Source: Lama glama (Eukaryota). Taken from it: 64,000 nt of DNA. Below, piece after piece: positions 26,010 to 38,469 of this stretch (its first letter is position 1; each line of letters starts with the position of its first letter). The DNA lies in contig CM052817.1 in assembly GCA_028534125.1 (NCBI GenBank), positions 45,510,001 through 45,574,000 on the forward strand, given 5' to 3'. The notes beneath the pieces were generated by a model. It had not been told where the DNA came from. It saw only the letters and a list, made by a program, of their open reading frames with translations, and did not search any database. The position numbers were made by a program, and so were the translations under genes.

Positions 26010-26260
26010 GTAAATTGGGCACCAATCACGTGACAGATGCTTTTCTTAATGTTTGCTCATGTGATCCTCACTACCATTCCATGCGGTAAGTACTATTTCC
26101 AATTTATAGATGTAAAGGAAACAAAATGACAACAACCCAAGCAACCTACCAAACAAAAAGCATGAGGATTAAAAAATATAAACAACTTATTTAAAGTCAC
26201 ACAGCTAGTAAGTATAGGAGCCAGGATTCAAACCTGGGTGTGCCTGGCTCTGGATACACA
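26010..26260 (-). mobile_element. MIR SINE
   Basis: 'tgatcctcactacc...tttccaatttatagatg...aagtcacacagctagtaagtataggagccaggattcaaacctggg'. Confidence 0.75.
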
Positions 26261-26530
26261 TTCCATTATTCCGCCTCCCCAGCATATGTCCTAAGTTTTA
26301 TAGGAGTCTTCCAGAACTGATTCTCTAACCTTGGTTATTTAACTGACATGAGATTCTACTAATAAAAATTTAAATTCCAGCAGGTAGAGGGTCATTTTGA
26401 CGTTTTGGGAAAACCAGTTGGGAAGGTATCCACCTACCCAGCCTAATATAGGGAATAATGTTGCTTGTACATAGTCTCCAAACTCACAAAGCAAAGATTC
26501 TCAACCCACGTGCCAATCCATTTTTCTCAG

Positions 26531-27008
26531 CGTGGTAGATTGAATTCTTTGCTGCCCAACGACAGAATCACACATCCGTGTTCTTGCCATGGCTTCACAA
26601 TGGAGGGAGGATACTTTTTCTGTCCCCTCACCTTGATTTTTGGGACTGATCCCATGACTTGTGTTGGCCATTGAGATCTAGTCAGAAGTGACATAAACCA
26701 TTGCTTAAAATAGGCTTGTGTGGGTGGGCTTGCTCCTCTTGCATTCTGATCATCTGTTACAAGAAAACACCCCCCCTTTCTCTTGGTCGCTACAATGTGA
26801 CATGTAGCACAGATCTGCAGCTCACAGGGCGGAGGCACGCCTGACTGACGTTGGACTTGAAGTGGAGCTGCTCAGCTGAACCCTGCCTAGATTAGCCAAA
26901 TTGCAGCTGTTACCCCAGAGCAAGAGAATGAAAGCTTCTTATCGTAAACTGCTGAGTTTGGGGGTGTATTGTTACAATGCATTATCACAGAAGCAGGCGA
27001 CCAAAGCA
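26531..27008 (+). mobile_element. MaLR LTR, MLT1H-like
   Basis: 'cgtggtagattg...catgacttgtgttggcca...gcttgtgtgggtgggcttgctcctcttgca...ctgctgagtttgggggtgtattgttacaatgcatta'. Confidence 0.75.
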
Positions 27009-28019
27009 ACCAGTGAGTAGTATCTCCTTTTGCTAGAACTGAGTTTCCTTACTGTCTTGAAGATCTCCATCAGATGTAACTTTACACTGAGAAGGTTGTG
27101 GGGCATGTACAGCAGACAGTACAATTTGCTATGAGTAAGCAGTAAATGGCATCAAAAATCCGTTGAATGCTTATTGGAATGTGTGAGAACTTGTTTCATG
27201 AGTTTATAGGGGAGGAAGTTAAAGGCAATAAAGAATTCTTCTAGAAGAGTGACATTCTGCTATAAGACTGAGTAAATGATTGGATAACCAAGTCAATTTT
27301 TATAAATCTTGTGAGACAATTTCCAGTCGTAATAATGACTATATGGTAATTGTTTCTGTCTTATTTGTTGTTGCTTTGAAGCTTTTACTTCCATCTTGAA
27401 TGTGGACAAAAATGCTTCTATTTATAAGTGTGTTATGAAAACAAAAAGGTTGAACATGAATCCTCTAGTGTCATGTTTTTAGAAGTTATTGTAAAAGCTG
27501 TTCTTAGTCGTTTCACTGATTAAAGAGAATTATCTACTTATTTCACCCCAAATAATACAATGCTGACCTCAAAGGCACATCCTTTCATTGCTTGGAAGTT
27601 AAATATAGACGTTTTGGGGTGCTCAACTTTCTGTTCAGACACTGGATTTTTCTTGGCCTATAAATAATCCAACTATTGGTATTTGTTGTTAATTTACCTT
27701 GGAATATGTTGAACAGATAGACTTTCTTTTGTTCATTCAACATATATATTGAGTACCTTCCCTATACTGAGTGCTGGGGTAGGTCCTAGGTACGCGGTGG
27801 TAAGCAAAATAGACAGAGCCCTTGCCTACAAAATGCTTGAAGTGGGTTTTAATCCTGATGGCAAATGACAATAAGCAAAAGAGCATTAAAGATGTAGGTG
27901 CCTATGCCCCACCCCAAGAAATTTTGATTCCAGGGAAGGGGCCTGGGTCTTAGTATTTATAAGAGCTACCCAGCTTCTACTATGTAACCAGGTTGAGCTG
28001 GTTAGCGGGCAGTTAACAT

Positions 28020-28220
28020 TTCCGGAATGTTATTCTGGACAAGGCACTGTACTAGGCACTTTACAAGAAGGCATTGACTTTATCCTCACTTAAGTCCAGA
28101 GGGGCTGAGTATGATGATGACTCCTTCACTAAGGACTGGTTAAATAACATTTGTAAATTACACAGAGTATAGACCGAGCCAGAATTCCAACACAAATCTG
28201 TCTTAACCACTGTGCTGCAC
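28020..28220 (-). mobile_element. MIR SINE
   Basis: 'aggcactgtactaggcactttaca...tatcctcac...ggttaaataacatttgtaaattacacag'. Confidence 0.6.
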
Positions 28221-28561
28221 AATCTTTGAAATATAGTTTGTGTGGAGCTTTCACAGACAAATTAAAATAAAAGTTAATGTAATAAGAACTTTTAGACATT
28301 GAAAACTAGTTAGAAACCTGATAAAGCATTTCTGAATTATGCTATAAATCTGTGGAGAAATATGAAGTGATTTTGTAAAATTTGGTTTCATTTGTACTTA
28401 ATTTAGGGGAAATTTTATCTACTTTGGAAGTTTATATTTTCATGTACAAACTTCTTCTTTCATCCTTCCTTTCTCCCTCCCTCTCCCCCTCTTTTTCTTT
28501 CTTTCTGACAGAGAGCCTGTACTGGAGAGAACTGATGAATCTAGGGTTGATGTTGAGAGTC

Positions 28562-28610
28562 TGTGCGCATGTGTGTGCACGTGTGTGTGTGTGCGTGCGT
28601 GCACATGTGC
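28562..28610. repeat. Alternating purine-pyrimidine tract (TG/CG/CA mix)
   Basis: 'tgtgcgcatgtgtgtgcacgtgtgtgtgtgtgcgtgcgtgcacatgtgc'. Confidence 0.9.
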
Positions 28611-29413
28611 TCATTCACTCATCAGACCTAGTCATTGAAAACCTCCCCTACTCAACTTTGATTTGAGAAACTTCTAAGTTACCATGTAAATTCTCTCTGA
28701 AATTTGTAAATGTACTACATAAAATTTAATATTACCTAACCTGATGGTTTCAGCCCAGAAGACCAAGGGTCAAAATTCCCTTCCTTATATACTCCTGTGT
28801 TCAAGAAACTGAGAAGTGACAGCCTAATGCAAAACCAAAGAGCTTCAAACCAAACGCAAAACATCAAAGTGCTTTGAACAATCAGTGTTAATTTTTTTTC
28901 AAAGAGGTGTTTGTGGGATAGACAATGTGAGCTGTGATCATTCTTTGGTTCTCAGCCCCACACCCTGTCCCATCTGTTGAGTAGGATATGTCACTAGTAC
29001 AGAAGGAGACAAATGGACATGCGCTTACATGGTTACACTGAGCCAGAATCAAATGTTCACCCATACCCTTGTCACTAAGCCTGCCAGACCTACATTTGTA
29101 GACAAGAGTGTCAAATGTCCATCAAGCATGTCATCCAAGATAGAATGGTATATTTCAAAATACTGCCGACAAATGTTTTTCCATCAGCTGCTGGCTAAAA
29201 ATTTTGTACCCACGTGCATAGGCACCATCATGGGAACACCAGGCCTCACATAATGGGTAAACCACGTTTGTAGACACTCTGTGGTCATTGCGACCACCCA
29301 AGAGAGAGATTCTGTAGAAAAGTAACTTTGAATTCAACAGATCTGCATTATTGGCTGCTTCCATGTTTCCTTTCATGGCGTGGTAGATAATCTCTAGTAG
29401 CCTCTTCTTTCTT

Positions 29414-29920
29414 TCTTTTTATATTAAAATTAAAAAAAATTGAATTGTAGTTGATTTACAATGTTGTGTTAGTTTCTGGTATATAGCATAGTGATTCAGT
29501 TATACATATACATATATTCTTTGTCATTATAGGATATTACAAGATATTGAATATAGGTCCCTGTGTTATATAGTAGGATCTTGTTGTTTATCTATTTTAT
29601 ATACAGTAGTTTGCATCCGCTAATCCCAAACTCCTAATTTATCCTTCCCACCCTTTTCCACTTTGGTAACAATAAGTTTTTTTTCTATGTCTGTGAGTTT
29701 ATTTCTGTTTTGTAAATAAGTTCATTTGTATCTTTTTTTTAGATTCCACATATAAGTGATATCATATGATATCTGTCTTTCTCTGACTTCACTTCGTATG
29801 ATAATCTCTGAGTCCATCCATGTTGCTGAAAATGGCATTATTTCATTCTCCTTTATGGCTGAGTAGTGTTCCAATGTAAATACATATACCACATCTTTTT
29901 TATCCAGACACCTGTCAATG
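29414..29920 (-). mobile_element. L1 3' fragment (cetartiodactyl) with TSD
   Basis: 'ttgaattgtagttgatttacaatgttgtgttagtttctgg...gattccacatataagtgatatcatatg'; TSD agcctcttctttctt (29399-29413) / agcaccttctttctt (29921-29935). Confidence 0.9.
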
Positions 29921-30899
29921 AGCACCTTCTTTCTTAAACTGTGCAATTTCATTTGAGAATAACAAATCCTTGCCTCTTATGAGAATTATTTTCCTTTTAC
30001 CCTTTCAGCAAGAACCAGACCTAATTTTACTTGTCTCTAATTCATGCAACAGCATGGTTATTTCTCTTCTCTGTTCTTTATATTGGTTAGAATGGGAATG
30101 GAAACCATAGCAGTGGAACAGTTTCCCAGCAGAAGTCAACATCAAAAGCTTTCTATTCTGATCTCTCTCTTTTTTTTTTTGCAGGGAAATGCTACAATAG
30201 CAAGTTTTATCCTGGACAGGTAGAAGTTGCCTCTTGCTTTTGAAGAATCTTTCAAAGCAGCCACACAAGTTTCTAGCACTGCATGTATGCTGGCGGTCAA
30301 GGTTTCTACAAGAGTTCTCTGGGAACAGTAGATGTTCCTTATTTAATCTTTGTTCTGATTCATCAGTTTGTAGCATTTACCAAACTATAACCTCTCCCTC
30401 ACCATTAATTTTTTTCCCCTTCTATATGCCTACCTTTATACCATAAACATTTCTTTTGTGGCTGAGCATACCCTGACTCTTCATCAGTGGTGTCTAGAAC
30501 TTTTGGCAGGACCACGCAAAAACAGCAGCACCCAGCAATACCTGGCAAAAAGTGAGTCACCAATACATTAAAAACCGATTAAGTCATTCATTACGTTGAG
30601 GTAGGAGATAGATGAGAAGCACATTGGGTCTATGATGTCACAAATGGTCAGTAGATGCTACTACTGAACATCTGATCATACACTTCTAGGTTCTTTTGAT
30701 GCTGTGGTTTCTGTAAATTTAATTTTCTCAACTTAATTCTGGAAGTTCATAATAAAGGTTATTGAGCATGCTTATATTTAGGGATTCCTGTGCCTGCCCC
30801 TTGTATAAGGGAAGAACATCATTTTGGTTCTACATTGTATGTGCTTTTGCTGCATCTTCATCATCACCAACATCAGTACCACCATCAATAACTTTGTGA

Positions 30900-31070
30900 T
30901 TGCTACTATTTATTAAACAACTAGTATATCCCAGGCATTACAAAAGCACTTAGTAGCATTTCATTTAATCCTCACCACACCCGCCCTGAGGTAGATAATA
31001 CTATTTCCATCCTACAAGCCATATGTCGCAAGAAAACATCTAATAAATGGCAGAGCTGAAATTTGAACAG
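30900..31070 (-). mobile_element. MIR SINE fragment
   Basis: 'tttattaaacaactagtatatcccaggcatt...tcatttaatcctcaccac...taataaatggcagagctgaaatttgaac'. Confidence 0.65.
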
Positions 31071-32079
31071 CATCAAAACATCCCCATGGCCAAACAGCTG
31101 CATCAAAGGGGCAAATTCATGATGGCTAGTCAAAATCATTCTATCCAGCTGTCATGATGGCTGAGAGATGTGAGATGTGGGCAGGCGTTTCCTGTGAGTG
31201 CAAGGAAAATGTTTCTCTGATGCTAATTAATTAAAAATTATATTTGCTACCAGAGAAATGACTTTTTAGAAGGAATTTGAATACTTGAGAGACAAGCTCA
31301 AAGAAAGCTCTGAAGGCTGAAGGTGCTATTTATGTGGATGTTTTTGCAAACTGGAACATTGAATACACTAAATCCTTTTAATGCTACAGCATTTTTCAGA
31401 ATAGTGTATAGAAAGAACAATTTATGTCTGTAATAGTCAAAGCAAACCTGGGTATGCATACAAAGCTAATGGTGTTTTTGTTTTAAGCGCTGGGCTGGAA
31501 ATTAATTTCACCAAACATTACACTTTAGCTAGATACCATGTGGCTTCACATTTCCTGATATATAAATTTGATGAATTAACTTTAAATGGGTACTATTTCA
31601 AACCATTTCTTTTTCCTATTATCTTAGTTTATCAGTTGGCATTGGCTGCTTTCTAAATAATTCAGTTTGCTTTCCAAAATGTTTCAACGTTTAAAGTTAA
31701 GCACTGTAATTTGTCTTGTATTCTTACATGTATTGCAATGGAAGGAAATGCTACATATACATCGTTATAGGATTGTTTAACAACATACACCAAGTTATAA
31801 CATTATAGTCATTATCTCAGAGTGGAATAACTTGCACTTTTTAGTTTTTCCTAATTATAATTTTCTATTTTTCTGCAATAACTCAGATTGCCTTGAAAGT
31901 GAGAAAACTCACTCAATAAAGATCTTTGGATATAATTGAATAAAAAGATAACAATGGACTGGAGAGAGAAATTGGAGCTAATGTAAGTGTTAGAGCAAGA
32001 GTAGACATGATCTCAAAGTCTAGATATGTGCCCTTTCAGCTTGAACTTACAGCCTTATCTAAAGGGGCTCAGCACCCTT

Positions 32080-32370
32080 TTCTCTACTTCTGGCCTCTTA
32101 CTGGGATACGTACCTAACTCTTTGCCGGAAGTGCCTACTTATCACTACAGAGATTGAAAATTCCAGTGCTTGTTTCTTCTTCCCCCTTGCAGCTTGAATT
32201 GGGCCATGATAACTATCCTTCTCTGAAGGGAACTTCTGGGAAAGTTTCCAGGGAGGGACATCTGGGAAAGATTATCCTCCTGGTAAAAAGAGATGGGCAA
32301 GAAGAAACTGCCTTCTTTTGCTTTGGATGTGACTGTGATTTTGTGGTCTTCTTGAACCACGAAGCTTGTT
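32080..32370 (+). mobile_element. Old MaLR LTR fragment (MLT1J/K-like)
   Basis: 'cccccttgcagcttgaattgggccatga...ttctgggaaagttt...ttgctttggatgtgactgtg'. Confidence 0.45.
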
Positions 32371-32592
32371 GGCTTTTGATGTCCCTCTTGCTGTAGATTT
32401 TTCAGGCCGTGGCCCCAGATGGCACTTGGCTGGTGGTGAAGGCTGTCTAGCCTGGGGCTTGGTTTAGAAGGACTTTTATATTTATCTGTCTTTCTACTCT
32501 CAGCATTATCAGCAATGAAGGTGATGTCTGGCTCTGTGTCTTACTCCTTGCCTTTCTCCTAATCAGCTCAGAACTCAACTGGGTAAGGAGGG

Positions 32593-33062
32593 TATATTAG
32601 TTTCCTATCGCTGCTATCACATTTTACTACACACTTGGTGGCTTAAGACAATACAGATTTGTTATATTATAATTTTGGAGATCAGAAGCAGAAATTGGTC
32701 TTATTGGGCTAAAGTCAAGGAGTTGCTGGTGCATTCTTTCTGGAGGCTTTGGAGAAATTGAGAATCCTTTTCCTTGCCTATTTCAATTTCTGGAGGCTAC
32801 TCACATTCCTTGGTTCATGGCCCCTTCTTCTGTTTTCAAATGCAGGAGCACAGCATCTTCAAATCTCTTTCTAACTGTTACCTTCTGCCTTCTTCTATCT
32901 TGTAAGGACTCTTGTGGTTAAATTTGGCCCATGTGGCTATTCTGGAATAATCTACCTATCTCATGATTCTTAACAAAGTCTCTTTTGCCATGTAAGGTAA
33001 CATATTCACAGATTCTGGGGAGGAGGAAAGTCTTTGGTGGGGGCATTATTCTGCTTACCACA
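32593..33062 (-). mobile_element. MaLR LTR, MLT1C-like
   Basis: 'tatattagtttcctatcgctgct...ggtggcttaagacaa...gccatgtaaggtaacatattcacag...gggcattattctgcttaccaca'; TSD gaggg (32588-32592) / aaggg (33063-33067). Confidence 0.85.
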
Positions 33063-33463
33063 AAGGGTGCCATCGATTAATTCCTTCTCAACCTCCTGTT
33101 TGTATTTATTTATTAAAAGTATCCCACAAATAAATGGACTCATAATTAAGTAATGATTGTTTTATTTTTCACTGAAGCCCATGTAATCTAGGCCCCAGGC
33201 TGAGGCCTGACCTCTGTTTCCTGGTCATTAGTCTTGCTTGTAATTGTTTGTTTAAAGGTTCTCACTGCCATGGCATTGGGCCAGGTTATATGTACTAAAT
33301 GAGGTAGGAAACTCATGATGACTCAGCAGAGTCATTGCTACTTCCTGGAGCTGCCACTTGTGAAGACTGCAATTTGGACCATTGACTTCCTTATCTCTTT
33401 AATGGCAATTTTTCTTTCTTTCTCTCCTCCAGATGCCATAGGCAAGAGTAACATAAATAGAAG

Positions 33464-33465
<2 letters not shown>

Positions 33466-33492
<27 letters not shown>
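33466..33492. repeat. (GT)n microsatellite
   Basis: Read directly from the sequence. Confidence 0.95.
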
Positions 33493-33496
<4 letters not shown>

Positions 33497-34699
33497 GGTA
33501 TGATTTTTGAAGTAAGGAGTTGATCTCACATATTTGTCATGTGTTTATTTCCTGGGAGGGATCATATTTCTCATGTTCCTCCTCCTGAGAACTGAAATGT
33601 TCTGACTCATAATTGCAGTTGTGACTCAACAGACCCTCCTATCCTATAAAGAATCAGATGAATTGGTTTTTTCACAATGGGAAGTTCAAGAATCAATGTA
33701 TAAGAAGTGGGGCTGGTGCAGTAGATTGACAGCTTTTCCATAGAGAGAGCTGTGAGCAGTGATAAAAGGTTAGGAGAGGTGGCCATAAGGAGCAGATGGC
33801 CAAAAGAAACGTACTGCTAAGGGTCTTATCCAGAGGTTGGGGTGAGCTCGGAGGGATGGCTACCTGGGATTAGCCAGTAGGGACAGGATACCAGGAGGGC
33901 CACTACTGGAGATGATGCAAAGATGATTTGCCAAGGTGAGGAGGCAGGAAGGTGATTGAAAGGATATACATAAGTAGGATGAGTGAGGCAAAGAGGAAAA
34001 TGATGTTATTGACTGGGGAACTTGAAAACTGTTGAGTGACTCTAGACCTAGCCCATGAATGAAGTGTTTGCTGTAGTCATTCCATTTGTATGGTGCCTGG
34101 TGCTGGTCTTAGAGGCGAAGCTGATGCTGAGAGGAGCTATGGTAGACTGAAAAAGGAGGATTAAAGCAATGAACAACTCAGAGAAAGGTCCTAGAGCCAT
34201 GATAGGTGATGTGGAATATTCAGTTACTTCCTATTTGATGTTACGATTTCTCTATATTTTCTGCAAAGCCTTGAGAAGTGAAGAAGGTGCTGAATGCATG
34301 CTTGGGAGAAATATGGCAGGGGATGGCAACAGGCACAAGTGGCATGAGGTTGGCAGGAGGTGATGAGGAATTGGGTTGGTTGTGAAAGGAGACAGGTAGT
34401 CAGAGGAGACTATTTCTAGCTCTCACAGCCCCAAACCTTTGGAAATATTGGGAATGCTGCTGGATTTCCTACAATACTGTGGGATGGGAGCACAAGTTAC
34501 TTTATTTGAAAAATAAGGAGAAGATAGATTCTAGAAGGTGGGGTGCTTGATTTGGGGGAACATTTAAGTTATATTACTAATTTCCAACTGATTGGGGACT
34601 GAAGGTTAAAACTAGTATGTGAACACAGCATGACTGCTTCTTGTAATGAATTATAATATGTGATAATGTAGTAAAATTATACATTTGACTAACTTTCAG

Positions 34700-36890
34700 C
34701 TGGTTGCTCTGACTACATTTGTAAAAATATGAGCATGACAACAATGGATTGTAACATACTGAATTTTAAAAGAATTATGTTCCATAGAAATTTTAAAAAA
34801 TAGTGGTGGTGGGGAGTGCAGTAAAAGCTCTTCTTTACAAAAGAATGGCAACTAGTACATGTGGAAGGGATGACTACATTAGAAAATCATTATTTTGCCA
34901 CCAACATTATAATAATCAATGCAGGCAAGTGGGATCCTTGGTATTTTTCCAAAGGAGTTGAAAACATGTGCACACAAAACCCGGTACAGATTTTATAACA
35001 GCTTTATTCATAATGGCCAAAACATGGAAGCAACCAAGATGTCTTTCAGTAAGTGAATGGATAAATAAACTGTTATATTTCCAGACAATGAAATATCATT
35101 CAGCACTAAAATGAAATGAGCTATGCAACCTAAATGTCTACCAACAGGTGAGTGCATAAAGATGTGAGATATATACCCACACCACCCCCAATGGAATATT
35201 ACTCAGCCATAAAAGTGAAATCTTGCAATTGCAACAATATGGATGGACCTTGATGGTATTATGCCAAGTGAAACAAGTCAGAGAGAGAAAGACAAATATT
35301 GTATGCTTTTATTTCTTTGTGGAATCTAAAAAGCAAAACAAATGAACAAATATAACAAAACAGAAGCAGACTCACAGATACAGAGAATACTCTAGTGGTT
35401 GCCAGAGGGAGAGGGGTTGGGAGATGGGCAAAATAGGTGAGGGGGATTAAGAGGTGCAGATTGTCAGTTATAAAATAAATACATCACAGGAATGTAATGT
35501 ATAGCATAAGGAATATAGCCAATAATGCTATAATAACTTTGTATGGTATGTAATCTATAAAAATATCAATCACTTTGTTGTATACCTGAAACTAATATAA
35601 TATTATAAGTCAACTATACTTCAATTGGAAAAAAAAGACAAGGAGGAATTTTGAATACATATTACTAAGTGAAATAAGCCAATGTGGAAAGGCTACATAC
35701 TGTATGATTTTAGCTATAGGACATTCCGAAAAGGGCAAAACTATGGAGACAGTAAAACGATCGGTGGTTGCCGGGCTTAGTGGCGAGGGAGGGCTGAATA
35801 GGCAGAGCATGGAGGATTTTTAGGGCATTAAAACTACTCTGTATGGTACTATAATAGTGGATCCATGTCATTATACATTTGTCCAAACCCATAGAATGTA
35901 AGCTATGGACTTTAGGTGATAATGATGCATCAATGTAGGATCAAGAGTTGTGATAAATGGACCCATTTGGTAAGAGATGTGGATAGTAGGGGAGGTGATG
36001 CATGTGTGTGGGGAGGGGTTATATGGGAAACTTCTTGTATCCTCTACTCAGTGTTGCTGAGTACTCTAAATATGTCATATATATATATATGTATATACGC
36101 ACATCATGTTAAAGTGTCATTTAGTATTTTATCTATTGTGAAGGGCAAAAGTACATTTATAATGAAAAAGTATGGCAGACTCTTTAACCAAGCAACCAGA
36201 CTTAGCATCATGAGTAACAGGGCATTTTCTCTCTCCTAATGTGACGTAATGGGGATCACACAACAGCACTTACATAATGTCGTCAAAATCTTGCCAAAAA
36301 ATATTTAACCTGCATCGAATCATAGGGAAATGATCAGGCAAATCCAGGTTGTGGAACACTTTACAGAACAACTGACCTGGACTCTTAAAACATGCTAATA
36401 TGATAAAAGACCAAAAAAAGTTTGGGAAGAGGGAGGTAGATGATGTAGAGAAGTGTTCCACGTGAAAAGAAACGAGAAAGACACGATAACAAAATGCAAT
36501 GCGTCCTCCTTGATTGGGCCCTGGGTTAAAAAAAAAATTGATAAACAGCTTTAAAGACTTTATCAGATCAATTGGAAAAGTTTGAACATGAACTGTATGT
36601 TTGATAATATTGTGTCAAGGTTAAATACTTTGAGTACAATAAAGATATTATACTTATATAGGAGAATGTTCTTATTGTTGAGAGATAAGTGATGAAATAT
36701 TTAGGATTGATGTATCATGCTGTCTGCAATTGATTTTCAAATGGTATTACACCCTCCCCCCTCCCCGAGAAAGTGAGGTAAAACAAATGTGACAAAATAT
36801 TTAAAATTGGTGAATCTAAAGGAAAGGTATATGGATGATTCTTATTCACGTCCTTCAAATTTTCTGTAGGTTTGAAAATTTTCAAAGTAA
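34700..36890 (+). mobile_element. Nested L1 cluster: L1MA-like 3' end (~35126-35636) inside L1MC-like (~34930-36070) inside L1ME-like 3'UTR
   Basis: L1MC motif 'aaatgagctat...aagacaaggagga' is split by an L1 3' end ending 'aagtcaactatacttcaattggaaaaaaa'; outer L1ME 3'UTR motifs resume after ~36120. Confidence 0.75.
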
Positions 36891-38469
36891 CACATTCAGG
36901 TATTATCTAGAGCCTTAATATCTGAATATCTGAATTCAAGATATCTGAAACCAGGTGGTTTCAATAAATTATCAAGCGCAGTATTAGTATCCTGTCAAAA
37001 CCGTTCCCGTGATTCTGCCAGAGTGTTCTGACAAGTATTGCATTACATGCCCGTACCCTCAAAGAGGAAAGTGTAGCAAATGAATTAGTTAATGTCTGCC
37101 TGAATGCTCAGTGGACACTCTGTTATGGCTGGTTTGCAAATGCCTGGATTAGAGGGTTTAGACAAGAAAACCCCCACAAAAATGAAACTTCATGAGCTTA
37201 GCCTAGTAACATTGTTGACAGTCCCAACTGCCAAAAGCCTAACCCTAATGAGATGCTGGGGAGGCGGTGCTGGTGACAGTAGCTAATGCACAGGGTCCTA
37301 TTTATGTCGGAGGGAAAGTTTCATTTCAGGGAGTCACATGAACATACTTATGACAGAAAGGAAGACAGAAAAGTAGGAAGTTAATCAATCGGAATAATAT
37401 CACTTACAAGAGAGCAATTATTTCATACTTAGCTGAGATTTATAGTCTTTCTGTGATCTAGATCCTGGGCAAAGGAAGTTTAAAGTGGTAGGTTGTTTTT
37501 GCTTGTGCATTGAGAAAGATTTTATTTGGAATTGCAACTTTACATACCATGAGATCCAGTAAAGAAAACATGAAGAAATGTAAAATTAGTGAATGTTTTC
37601 CATGTGGACCGTTATAATCTTAAGTAATCAACTGTCATATACAAAAGTTTCATGAGATCTGATGTAATCTAGATAAATATCACGTACTGCGCTCTCTCTG
37701 ATTCATCGTGGGGAACCTGGCCGGGCCTAAAGGAGTAAGATGAGCTGTATATGATGACCAGACGCTGGCTCTGGATTGGCGGTAATAGAGATGGTCTGCG
37801 TGCTTCTCTTCTGGTCTCTCAAGTTTGTCCTTACCAAATTCGTGGGCTTAAACCTTCTGATGAATTTCTCTCCGCAGGTCCAGGCTGCCCTTGTTCTGAG
37901 GGAATTCTGACAGTACAGTGAGTCTGGTGAGGCTTGACATAGCCCTGGTCAGCCAGGTTACCATCCGGAGATCTGACCTCAACTCAAGAGCTCCCAAGTG
38001 CCACACTTGTTTGGGGCCCAGCAGTCTTGGGGCTCTAGTGTACCTGAAGAAAGTCTTGGTGAAGCAGAATATTCTGACGCAGCTCTCTTCAAAGTGGCTC
38101 AATGTGAAAAACATAATACTGCTTTTATTTTTTAATGACCAAGTGATGTGTGCCGTGGTGTCCCCAGTCCCCACCCCTCACCACTCTTGACTCTGCCCTT
38201 GGCCTTGTGTTTTACTCGTCCAGGGTCTGTGGTGGAAGGAGGCTATCTCTTGCCCAAATTTTTTGTCATTTTTTTTAAGACTAAAAATTTATTTTAAATT
38301 ATGGAAGATACTTAATTTAGAATGGGTGATAAAGGTATTTGTGCTTCACAGAAAAGTGATAGGACTCCAGGCAGCAAATCTACATTTCTTTTTGGAAAAA
38401 AGCTGTTTTGAGGTATAATTGACACATAATAAACTGCACATAATTGAAGTGTCTAATATGACATTTTTA

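Noticed and set aside
29029..29376. Overlapping 74-aa and 73-aa ORFs in unique-looking DNA
   Set aside because: No similarity to any protein I recognise and no convincing splice sites; may be an unrecognised old repeat
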